64,000 nt of DNA from an uncultured Gemmatimonadaceae bacterium (lineage in GTDB: Bacteria > Gemmatimonadota > Gemmatimonadetes > Gemmatimonadales > Gemmatimonadaceae), in the NCBI GenBank assembly GCA_963817955.1, contig CAWFQK010000004.1, positions 384,001 through 448,000 of the forward strand, read 5' to 3'. The translations under genes were made by a program, and so were the position numbers. The notes below the pieces were generated by a model, which was given only the letters and a program-made list of their open reading frames with translations, had not been told where the DNA came from and searched no databases. Shown piece by piece: positions 1-8,120 of the stretch; position 1 is the stretch's first letter, and every line of letters begins with the position of its first letter.

Positions 1-2
1 TG

Positions 3-590
3 GTCACCGGCTTCAAAGAAGGGAAGTACGAAAAGGCGTTCGTCTCAGGCATCTACAACCTCCTGAGCCGCACGCTGTTTCACGTGCCGGTCAAGGATCT
101 GAATTCCGTGAAGGCGTATCGTCGCGAGATCATGGACGCGCTGCCGATCCGCCCCGACTGGCACCGCTACATGATCGTCATCGCCGCGGCGCAGGGATTC
201 ACCGTGACCGAGATCCCGGTCCCCCTGTATCCGCGCCATGCCGGCAAGTCAAAGTTCGGCTTGTCACGCATTCCCGTCGGCGTGCTCGACATGCTCGCGG
301 TCTGGTTCGAGCTGCGCTTTGGCCAGAAGCCACTGCTGCTGTTCGGCATGCTCGGCGCCGGGCTGTTCGCCATTGGGGCATTCGCCGGCCTGGCCGCGCT
401 CGGCGTGCTGGTATTTGCCGATGTCGGATACCGATCGGTGTGGACCGTCATTCAGACCTGTCTCATCGTCGGCAGCGTGCTGTTCGCGACCGGGCTCCTC
501 GGCGAACAGATCGCCGGTCAACGCGCGCAACTCCGCGAGATCCGCCGCCAACTCGACGAGCTCGCCGGGCCGCGCATCAAAGATCGCTAA
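3..590 (+). CDS. Glycosyltransferase family 2 (polyprenol-phosphate GT-like), 5' truncated by window edge
   Basis: Frame open from position 3; DLNSVKAYRR, RHAGKSKF and two C-terminal TM helices typical of GtrB/ArnC-like GT2. Confidence 0.8.
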   Translation, partial: VTGFKEGKYEKAFVSGIYNLLSRTLFHVPVKDLNSVKAYRREIMDALPIRPDWHRYMIVIAAAQGFTVTEIPVPLYPRHAGKSKFGLSRIPVGVLDMLAVWFELRFGQKPLLLFGMLGAGLFAIGAFAGLAALGVLVFADVGYRSVWTVIQTCLIVGSVLFATGLLGEQIAGQRAQLREIRRQLDELAGPRIKDR

Positions 591-594
591 TCAC

Positions 595-1764
595 GTGAAA
601 GTCCTCTTCCTGACGCATTCCTTTCCGCGCCGTCCCGGCGACGCGCCCGGATCCTTCGTCCTGCGCCTCGCCACCGCCCTGCGGGGTGAGGGCGTCGAGA
701 CGAGCGTCGTCGCGCCGGCCGCGCCCGGACTCGATCATCATGACCGCCTCGACGACATTTCCGTCGAACGCTTCCGGTACGCGCCGCGCCGGTACGAGAC
801 GCTGGCCTATGGCGGCAACATGGCGGGCCAGGTGCAGGCATCGTGGAGTGCCAAGGTCACGATGCTTGGCTTCCTCGGCGCGGAATTCCGGTCGGCGGTG
901 CACGTGCGACGTGCGTTCGAACCCGACGTCGTGCACGCACACTGGTGGTTTCCGAACGGCCTGGTTGGCACCTGGCTGAGCCGCCTGGCGCACAAGCCAC
1001 TCGTCACAACGCTGCATGGAACCGACGTGAGGCTGGCGCGCTCGGTCGCGTTCGCGCGCCCGGCATTCCGGCACGTCATGCACCACTCGGCCGCGATCAC
1101 CGCCGTGTCACGATGGCTGGCCAACGAGGCACAACAAGTCGTCTCGACGCCGGCACCGATCGTTGCGCCAATGCCCGTGGCGACGGATCTCTTCTCACCG
1201 GGCGGCAGGCGGCTCGGTGATCGGCTGCTCTTTGTCGGCCGATTGAACAGACAGAAGGGCATCGAACTCTTGCTGCACGCGTTGGCTCGCATACCCGACA
1301 CGGCGCTCTCGCTGGACGTCGTGGGCGACGGCGAGGACCGCGAAACACTGCGGGAGCTGGCGCAGGCGCTCGGGCTCGGACATCGCGTGCGCTGGCACGG
1401 CGCGCTGCCGCAAACCCGCCTCGTCGACTTTTACCGTGCCGCGACGGCGCTCGTCGTGCCCTCGGTCGGTGAAGGATTGGGTCTTGTCGCGGTCGAAGCG
1501 CAGCTCTGTGAAACGCCAGTCGTCGCATTCGATTCCGGCGGATTGTCCGATGTCGTGCAACACGATCGCACCGGCGTGCTCGTGCCTGACGTCGACGCTG
1601 CGGCACTGGCCGCTGCGCTGGGTTCCCTCCTTGAGCGCGACGATCGCGGCGCATCCCTCGGCGCCGCAGGCCGTCTCCATGCGCTCGCCACCTTTGCCCC
1701 CGAGTCGGTTGCCCGACGTTACGCCGACATCTACCGTTCCGCCATCGCCAGCTCGCCGAAATAA
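595..1764 (+). CDS. Glycosyltransferase family 4 (GT-B)
   Basis: GTG start at 595 (VKVLFLTHSFPR); VHAHWW, FVGRLNRQKG and EGLGLVAVEA (EX7E) motifs. Confidence 0.85.
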   Translation: MKVLFLTHSFPRRPGDAPGSFVLRLATALRGEGVETSVVAPAAPGLDHHDRLDDISVERFRYAPRRYETLAYGGNMAGQVQASWSAKVTMLGFLGAEFRSAVHVRRAFEPDVVHAHWWFPNGLVGTWLSRLAHKPLVTTLHGTDVRLARSVAFARPAFRHVMHHSAAITAVSRWLANEAQQVVSTPAPIVAPMPVATDLFSPGGRRLGDRLLFVGRLNRQKGIELLLHALARIPDTALSLDVVGDGEDRETLRELAQALGLGHRVRWHGALPQTRLVDFYRAATALVVPSVGEGLGLVAVEAQLCETPVVAFDSGGLSDVVQHDRTGVLVPDVDAAALAAALGSLLERDDRGASLGAAGRLHALATFAPESVARRYADIYRSAIASSPK

Positions 1765-2704
1765 GCTCTGGATCGCCGCGCAGATCGTCATCACGGCGGT
1801 CGTTCTCTGGTTCGTCGGGAGCAAGCTGGTCGATGCATGGACGAAGTTTCGCGGGACCCCCATCGATGTTCATCCACGATGGGGGATGATTGCGCTGTCG
1901 TGCGTCGTCGTGCTCGCGACCTACGCGGTGCTCATCGAAACATGGCGGCGCATCATCATTGCGTGGGGCGATCACCTCGGCTTCGTCGACGCGGCACGCA
2001 TCTGGTGTGTGTCCAATCTCGGGCGCTACGTCCCCGGCAAGGTCTGGCAAATCGGCGTGATGGCGAAGCTGGCGCGGGAACGCAGCGTCTCCGTCAGCGC
2101 CGCCGCGGGCTCGGCGATCGTGAACACCGTCGTCAACATCGCCACGGGTTTCGTCGTCGCATTGATCGCGGGATGGTCGACGGCAGACCGTCTGACTGAA
2201 GGACACGCCAGCCTCGGCATCGCGCTCGCGGTCCTGTTGATCGCGGGATTGCTGATGCTCCCGGCGTTGCTGCCATGGGTGCTGCGCTTCGTGCGGCGCA
2301 CCACTGGGCGCACCATCACCTTGGGCGTCCTGCCGCGCAGCGCGATCTATCTGTCCATCGTCGGGAACGTCATCGCATGGGCACTCTATGGTGTTGCCTT
2401 TCAGATTTTTGTCGCCGGGGTCATTGGCGCGACGCCTGGGCGCACCTCTGACTACATCGCGGTGTATGCGTCCTCGTATATCATCGGTTATCTTGCGCTG
2501 GCCATTCCCGGCGGCGCTGGCGTGCGTGAGGGGGCGTTGATCGACGCGCTAGTGATTTTGAATTTGGCGACGGTGGGGCAGGCCACCGTGGTCGCAGTAA
2601 CGTCGCGCATCTGGCTCATCGTGTTCGAAATACTACCGGCTCTCATCTTCCTGGCGCGTGGCGCGCGCCGACCACCCCAGCGAGTGACGGCTCGAGATGG
2701 CTAA
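1679..2704 (+). CDS. Lysylphosphatidylglycerol-synthase TM / flippase-like membrane protein
   Basis: Multi-TM; SNLGRYVPGKVW and PGGAGVREG motifs; start uncertain, overlaps the GT4 3' end. Confidence 0.7.
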   Translation: MRSPPLPPSRLPDVTPTSTVPPSPARRNKLWIAAQIVITAVVLWFVGSKLVDAWTKFRGTPIDVHPRWGMIALSCVVVLATYAVLIETWRRIIIAWGDHLGFVDAARIWCVSNLGRYVPGKVWQIGVMAKLARERSVSVSAAAGSAIVNTVVNIATGFVVALIAGWSTADRLTEGHASLGIALAVLLIAGLLMLPALLPWVLRFVRRTTGRTITLGVLPRSAIYLSIVGNVIAWALYGVAFQIFVAGVIGATPGRTSDYIAVYASSYIIGYLALAIPGGAGVREGALIDALVILNLATVGQATVVAVTSRIWLIVFEILPALIFLARGARRPPQRVTARDG

Positions 2705-5177
2705 GAAGTCTGACGGGACCGTAGCGCCCGAAATCGATCTTCCGGCGCCCCGATTTGCGACCGGCTGGGCGTCGCTCGTCTATGCGCTCGCCACACTGCT
2801 GCTCGCGTATCCCGCCCTCGCCGGGATGTTCCTGATCAATACGCGAAGCGACCAATACATCGCGGGGTACGCGTTCCGCGATTTCGCGGCGCAGTCGCTC
2901 AAGAGCGGCCACGGCATTCCGCTCTGGAATCCGTTCATCTTTGGCGGCCTGCCATACGTCGCCGCCATGCACGGCGACATCTTCTATCCCACCGCGCTGT
3001 TGCGCATGATCATGCCCACGGACATGGCCATGACGTGGGAGTTTCCGATTCATCTATTCCTGTGCGGGCTGTTCACCTATCTGTTCCTGCGCGCCTGGCG
3101 TTTCGGATTCTACGGCGCGCTGATCGGCGGCCTGGCGTACATGCTCGGCGGATCGATCGCGGGCACCGCGTCGCCGGGCCACGACGGGAAGCTGTTCGTC
3201 AGCACCATGCTCCCACTGGTATTGTTGCTCGTGACGCGCGGCATCCGCGACGGCCGCGCGTGGTCATGGGGCGTGCTGGCGATCGCAATCGGCCTCGCGG
3301 CCCTCTCGCCACATCCGCAGCTCCTGCAGTATCTCCTGCTCACAGCAGGTGCGTTTGCGCTCTACGTCGCATTCGCCGAGCATCCGGGGTACGGCCGCGT
3401 CCCGCGCAACACCGCCATCCAGCGGCTCGTGTTCGCTGCGGGCGCCGTGGCGCTTGGCATGTTGATGGGCGCCGTGCAGTACGGTCCCGCGCTGTTCGAG
3501 TACAAGGCATGGTCGCCGCGGGCCGCCGGGCATGATTACGCCACCGCCACGAGCTACTCCTTTCCCATTGAGGAAACGCTCAACGCATATCTCCCCCAGT
3601 TCTCGGGCATTCTCGCGCGGTATTGGGGACGCAACGGGATCCACCTCCATAGCGATTATTTCGGCGTCGTCGTGCTGATGTTGTTCGGCGCCGCGTTTGG
3701 TCAGACGGGACGAAAATCATTCCGCCGATTCTGGGTCGTCACGGGCGCCGTGGCGTTGATCTGGGCGTACGGCGGGAATACGCCGTTCTTTCACGTGATT
3801 CTCGCCGTCGTGCCGGGAACGAAGTACTTCCGCGCTCCGAGCACCATCATTTATATCGTCGCCTTCGCGGTGGCCGTTCTCGCGGCCCTCGGCATGGAGC
3901 GCCTGCTTGCGCGGAGAGTTGGCGTGAAGTACGCGCTCGGGTGGGGGATCGCCGCCCTGGTATTTGCGCTGTTGATGATGGCGGGCGGCTATTCCGTACT
4001 CTCGAACGCGGTGCTCAGCGCCATGAGCTCCATATACACGCCACAGGACATCGCCTTCTTGACGCAGAAGGCGAATGTCAATGCGCCCGATGCCATGCTC
4101 GGCGCATGGCGCTCGTTCCTATTTGTTGCGCTCGCGGGAGGGGGTATCTGGGCGTTCGTGACCGGCAAGCTGAACGCCCGGGTCGCCGCAGCCGCACTCG
4201 TCGCGCTGACCGCCGTCGACCTGTGGTCAATCGAGCGGTTCTATTGGATCTTCTCGCCGCCGGCGGCCACACTCTACGCCACCGATCCAGCCATCGAAGC
4301 CATCAAGTCCGACATCGCGAAGAATGGAGTGGGACGCATCTGGACGGAGGCATTCAGTCGCGACATCGCTCCGCATGATCCCGCGTTCGGTTACGACGGC
4401 CTCATGTCGCACGGGTTGCGGATTGTCGGGGGCTACCACGGCAATGAGCTGGGAATGTACGACCAGCTACTCAGTGTGGACTCGGGGCAGGTGGTTTTCT
4501 CTCCGCAGTTCTGGCGGCACGAGGACGTCCGCTATCTCTACACGGGTGCCGACACAGCACTGATCGCACAGCTCGCAGGGCAGCTCAAAGTACCGGCATT
4601 CACCAGGCTCGCCGGTCCAGTTCGGGACGCAGCGGGTTCGACGGTTTACGCGTACAAGCTTCCGGCGGATAACCGACCCGCGTGGGTCGCGTCAGCCATG
4701 GTGAAGGCGCCAGAAGCCCAGGCCCTCGCTACGGTACTCGACCCACGGTTCGATCCGACAACGGTGGCCATCGTCGATACGTCGGCAGCGGCCATTCAGG
4801 CGCAGCAGCTTCAGGCTTTGCCGGCAGCCGCCACGGTTCGCGCGACGGTTTCCGCCAGCGCACCAGGCTCATACGACGTTTCACTGGACGCACCGGCAGC
4901 AGCCGGCCAGGCCTTGGTCGTCTCGGAAAACTACTTTCCCGGATGGCACGCGACGGCAGACGGCAAGCCTGCCGCGGTTGCCCGTACGAACTTCAATCTT
5001 ATTGGCATCGCGTTACCGCCAGGCGCAACCTCGGTGAAGCTCCGCTTCGACGATGCCGCGTACGAAAAAGGGAAGTCGATCACTCTCGCTGCAGTAGCGC
5101 TGGCAATTGTTCTGTGGGGTATCGGACTCGCCGTCGACCGACGGCAACGCACCAACATCGTTCCGATGACCGGATGA
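2697..5177 (+). CDS. YfhO-family (GT-C) membrane glycosyltransferase
   Basis: 826 aa, many TM helices; PLWNPFIFGGLP near the N-terminus and LVVSENYFPGWHATADGK near the C-terminus. Confidence 0.8.
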   Translation: MAKKSDGTVAPEIDLPAPRFATGWASLVYALATLLLAYPALAGMFLINTRSDQYIAGYAFRDFAAQSLKSGHGIPLWNPFIFGGLPYVAAMHGDIFYPTALLRMIMPTDMAMTWEFPIHLFLCGLFTYLFLRAWRFGFYGALIGGLAYMLGGSIAGTASPGHDGKLFVSTMLPLVLLLVTRGIRDGRAWSWGVLAIAIGLAALSPHPQLLQYLLLTAGAFALYVAFAEHPGYGRVPRNTAIQRLVFAAGAVALGMLMGAVQYGPALFEYKAWSPRAAGHDYATATSYSFPIEETLNAYLPQFSGILARYWGRNGIHLHSDYFGVVVLMLFGAAFGQTGRKSFRRFWVVTGAVALIWAYGGNTPFFHVILAVVPGTKYFRAPSTIIYIVAFAVAVLAALGMERLLARRVGVKYALGWGIAALVFALLMMAGGYSVLSNAVLSAMSSIYTPQDIAFLTQKANVNAPDAMLGAWRSFLFVALAGGGIWAFVTGKLNARVAAAALVALTAVDLWSIERFYWIFSPPAATLYATDPAIEAIKSDIAKNGVGRIWTEAFSRDIAPHDPAFGYDGLMSHGLRIVGGYHGNELGMYDQLLSVDSGQVVFSPQFWRHEDVRYLYTGADTALIAQLAGQLKVPAFTRLAGPVRDAAGSTVYAYKLPADNRPAWVASAMVKAPEAQALATVLDPRFDPTTVAIVDTSAAAIQAQQLQALPAAATVRATVSASAPGSYDVSLDAPAAAGQALVVSENYFPGWHATADGKPAAVARTNFNLIGIALPPGATSVKLRFDDAAYEKGKSITLAAVALAIVLWGIGLAVDRRQRTNIVPMTG

Positions 5178-5968
5178 CGACTGAGTCCCGTAACGCCGGC
5201 CAGACGCTGGCCGCCGCAGCCTCCCCTGAAAGCGGAGAAGCCGCGGCGGCTGAGCGCGCGTTGGTCATCGTTCCGACGTACAACGAACGGGAGAACATCG
5301 CGCGCCTGATCGATGCCGTGCTGTCGCAGGATCCGCGTCTCGAGGTTCTCGTGGTCGATGACGGTTCGCCCGATGGCACGGGTGACATAGTGGAAGGGAT
5401 CATCGCCGGGAATTCACGGGTCCATATATTTCGGCGCCCGAGAAAAATGGGACTCGGGACCGCTTACATCGTCGGTTTCCGTTGGGCGATCGAGCGCGGC
5501 TACGACTTCGTCTTTGAGATGGACGCCGATTTTTCACACGATCCCGCACATCTGCCGGAGTTTCTCAAGGCCGTGGCAACCCACGACCTTGTGCTTGGAT
5601 CCCGCTATCGAGACGGCAAGGTTACGGTGGTGAACTGGCCAATCGGCCGGCTGATCCTCAGCTATTTTGCCAATGTTTATGCCCGGGCCGTGACGGGATT
5701 GCCGCTCTGGGATGCGACCGGAGGGTTCAAGTGTTTTCGTAGAGAAGTGCTGGAATCCATTGATTTATCAAGAGTTGTTTCAAACGGGTACGCATTTCAA
5801 ATAGAGATGAGCTTCCGCGCGTGGAAGCGCGGCTTCCGCATCGCCGAGATCCCGATTGTGTTTGTGGATCGCACAGAGGGTGAGAGCAAGATGTCCAAGT
5901 CCATCGTTCGCGAGGCCGTATGGATGGTCTGGCGCCTCAGATGGTGGAGCATTACCGGGAAGTACTGA
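5174..5968 (+). CDS. Polyprenol monophosphomannose synthase (DPM1-like GT2)
   Basis: ATGA-coupled start at 5174; VIVPTYNE, VVDDGSPDGT, MDADFSHDP, DATGGFKCFRR, GYAFQIEM. Confidence 0.9.
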   Translation: MTTESRNAGQTLAAAASPESGEAAAAERALVIVPTYNERENIARLIDAVLSQDPRLEVLVVDDGSPDGTGDIVEGIIAGNSRVHIFRRPRKMGLGTAYIVGFRWAIERGYDFVFEMDADFSHDPAHLPEFLKAVATHDLVLGSRYRDGKVTVVNWPIGRLILSYFANVYARAVTGLPLWDATGGFKCFRREVLESIDLSRVVSNGYAFQIEMSFRAWKRGFRIAEIPIVFVDRTEGESKMSKSIVREAVWMVWRLRWWSITGKY

Positions 5969-5990
5969 TCTCACGGTTTGAGAGGACGCG

Positions 5991-6818
5991 ATGATTCCCG
6001 TCGGTCGAGCGTTCTACAAGATGAGCGGTTCGGGCAATGACTTCGTAATGATCGATGCCCGATCGGAGGCTCGTGGCCAGTTGGGAGATGAGGCGGTCAT
6101 CCGGCGAGTCTGCGCTCGCGGGACCGGCGTAGGGGCTGACGGCATCGTCTTCCTCGAGCCCTCATTGATGGCGGCAGCCATAAAGGTCGTGTACCTGAAC
6201 GCCGACGGGTCGAGGGCAGATCTGTGCGGCAACGCAACCCTTTGCACGGCTCGACTCGTCGTCGAGCTCGGGGTTGCTCCGGCGTCGGGTTTTGCGATCG
6301 AGACAGACACCGGGTTGGTGGCGGCGAGGATCATCGCCGACCGTCGGCCCGAGATCGACCTTCAGCCGGTTACTGACGTCAGCCACGTCGCGCAGGGTAT
6401 CGAGCCGCAGCCACATGAACGGCGCGTCGGGTTTGCACTCGTCGGCGTGCCACATCTTGTCATTCGATGCGATGATGTTGCGACTGTGGACGTGGTGGGC
6501 CGCGGGCAGCCATTGCGGCGCCATGCGAGCCTGAGGCATGGCGCCAACGTGAACTTCGTGTCACCCCGCCAGGATGGCGGGTGGCGAATCCGCACGTACG
6601 AGCGCGGCGTTGAGGCCGAGACATTGGCCTGCGGCAGTGGAGCCGTGGCGACCGGGATCCTCCTGACGGCCTGGGGCGACGCGACTGGGCCGGTGTCCCT
6701 GGAAACCAGGTCAGGAAGGAGCCTCCAGGTGCGCCTGCGTCGTTCTGGCTCGAGCTGGCTACCCAGTCTGAGTGGCGAAGGTAGGGTCGTGTATCAAGGA
6801 CTACTTTCAGAGATATAG
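5991..6818 (+). CDS. dapF: Diaminopimelate epimerase
   Basis: KMSGSGNDF, GADG, LCGNATLC, TYERGVEAETLACGSG. Confidence 0.95.
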   Translation: MIPVGRAFYKMSGSGNDFVMIDARSEARGQLGDEAVIRRVCARGTGVGADGIVFLEPSLMAAAIKVVYLNADGSRADLCGNATLCTARLVVELGVAPASGFAIETDTGLVAARIIADRRPEIDLQPVTDVSHVAQGIEPQPHERRVGFALVGVPHLVIRCDDVATVDVVGRGQPLRRHASLRHGANVNFVSPRQDGGWRIRTYERGVEAETLACGSGAVATGILLTAWGDATGPVSLETRSGRSLQVRLRRSGSSWLPSLSGEGRVVYQGLLSEI

Positions 6819-6910
6819 CCCAAGTCGCTGTGTTGGGCTGGCTTACAAGACTCACGACGCTGCCACCTAGAAGTGCACACCCCAGTTCTCCACAGGGTTT
6901 CCTCAGACGT

Positions 6911-6938
6911 AGTTTACATAATACATCTTATACGTGAA
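6911..6938 (-). other. dif: dif-like XerC/XerD recombination site (chromosome dimer resolution)
   Basis: Minus strand TTCACGTATAA-GATGTA-TTATGTAAACT: 11-6-11 layout with inverted ATAA/TTAT core and a canonical XerD-type arm; AT-rich intergenic spot where gene orientation converges. Confidence 0.8.
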
Positions 6939-7100
6939 CTTATGGAGCCGCTATTTGAGCCTGTGGCGGGCGCTGTTGGCCTGGTGTCGTCAAGGACTGC
7001 TGTCCTGGTGTCGCTATTCGCAGCAGCCACCGCGTGTCGGCTTCGATAGCCGCCGAGACCATGGACCCCGGGTAGAGTCGTACAGCTCGCATTCGAGATA

Positions 7101-7171
7101 AACAAAAACCACGGAGCCAGACTCAGCTCCGTGGTGCAAAAAAGCCACGGAGCGTAACTCAACTCCGTGGC
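7101..7171 (-). terminator. Twin intrinsic terminators downstream of the TPR gene
   Basis: Two near-identical hairpins CCACGGAG-loop-CTCCGTGG (7109-7134, 7144-7171), each followed by a T-tract on the minus strand. Confidence 0.8.
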
Positions 7172-7190
7172 GTCGGTCTGTCGATTTGGC

Positions 7191-7859
7191 TTATTTCTTT
7201 GCGACCTGAACCGTCAGCTCGCCCAGCCGAACTCGAGCTTCGGCTGCCATACTTTGACCCTTGGGGTCGTTCAGCAGGCTCGTCCAGACGCGTCGCGCCT
7301 GTGCAGTGTCACCAGCCACGGTGAACGCGCGGGCCGCTTTGGCCCGCTGGAAGGCGTTCTCAGTCTCGTACGTCGTTGCGGCTGCGGCCTGTTCATACAG
7401 CTTCGCGCCTTCACTTGCCTTGTTCATCTGCGTGTATCCGTCGCCTTCGAGGCTCAGGATCGTCGCCTCGACGCCGGCCGTGCCGCTCCCACCGGATGCC
7501 TTCTGCAATATCGTGATGCCATCCTGATACTTACCGGCATCGTAATCGATTTGGGCCAGCAGCATCGCCGCTTCCACGCCAGGCGAAGTCGATGCGTATT
7601 TCGCGTATACGTTCTTCAGATCGCTCTGCGCGAGCGCTAGGTTGCCAGCCGTCATCGACTGCTTCGCCGTCGCGAGCGCCTTTTCCGCGTTCATTGTCGT
7701 GATTTGCTGGGATCGCATGTAGAACCAGTAGGCCCCAGCGGCCACAACGACGATCACGGCCCCAACCGTCAATGCCTTGGCGTTGATCCGGGTCCAATCG
7801 ACGAACGTTTGCGCGCGGTCAGCTGCGGTAATGCCGGTGTCTGGACGAGTGCTAGTCAT
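7191..7859 (-). CDS. Membrane-anchored tetratricopeptide-repeat protein (YfgM-like)
   Basis: N-terminal single TM (ALTVGAVIVVVAAGAYWFY) followed by helical TPR-like repeats; ATG at 7859 chosen. Confidence 0.65.
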   Translation of the reverse strand: MTSTRPDTGITAADRAQTFVDWTRINAKALTVGAVIVVVAAGAYWFYMRSQQITTMNAEKALATAKQSMTAGNLALAQSDLKNVYAKYASTSPGVEAAMLLAQIDYDAGKYQDGITILQKASGGSGTAGVEATILSLEGDGYTQMNKASEGAKLYEQAAAATTYETENAFQRAKAARAFTVAGDTAQARRVWTSLLNDPKGQSMAAEARVRLGELTVQVAKK

Positions 7860-8023
7860 GTCGGATGCAGGTTGGTGAGCTGGTCGCGGTTTGGTTTGGT
7901 TCGGTTCAGCTTGGTGCAACACGATTCCACCAGGTCACGTATCGTAGCCTCACCTATGCCCGAGCGAAACGAGTCTCTACGCCGCCTGCGCGAGCACAAT
8001 GGGCGCGTACGAGCCAATCGGGT

Positions 8024-8052
8024 AAAGTAGCCGAAGCCTAGGTGGCCGGCAA
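8024..8052 (-). promoter_or_regulatory. Putative sigma70 promoter for the TPR gene
   Basis: TTGCCG-17 bp-TACTTT on the minus strand. Confidence 0.4.
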
Positions 8053-8120
8053 CATCTCGTCGTTCGCTATACCATTAATTCACCGTCCGACATGGCACGC
8101 GGCTAGCTGGGTGCGAACCG

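Noticed and set aside
6880..6905. TTCTCCACA DnaA-box-like 9-mer suggesting oriC
   Set aside because: Single mismatched box, flanking genes converge, and the neighbouring AT-rich tract is better explained as dif.
8030..8070. attL/attR copy of the tRNA-Arg 3' end bounding an island
   Set aside because: Only a few bases match (AGGTG); no convincing direct repeat or integrase.
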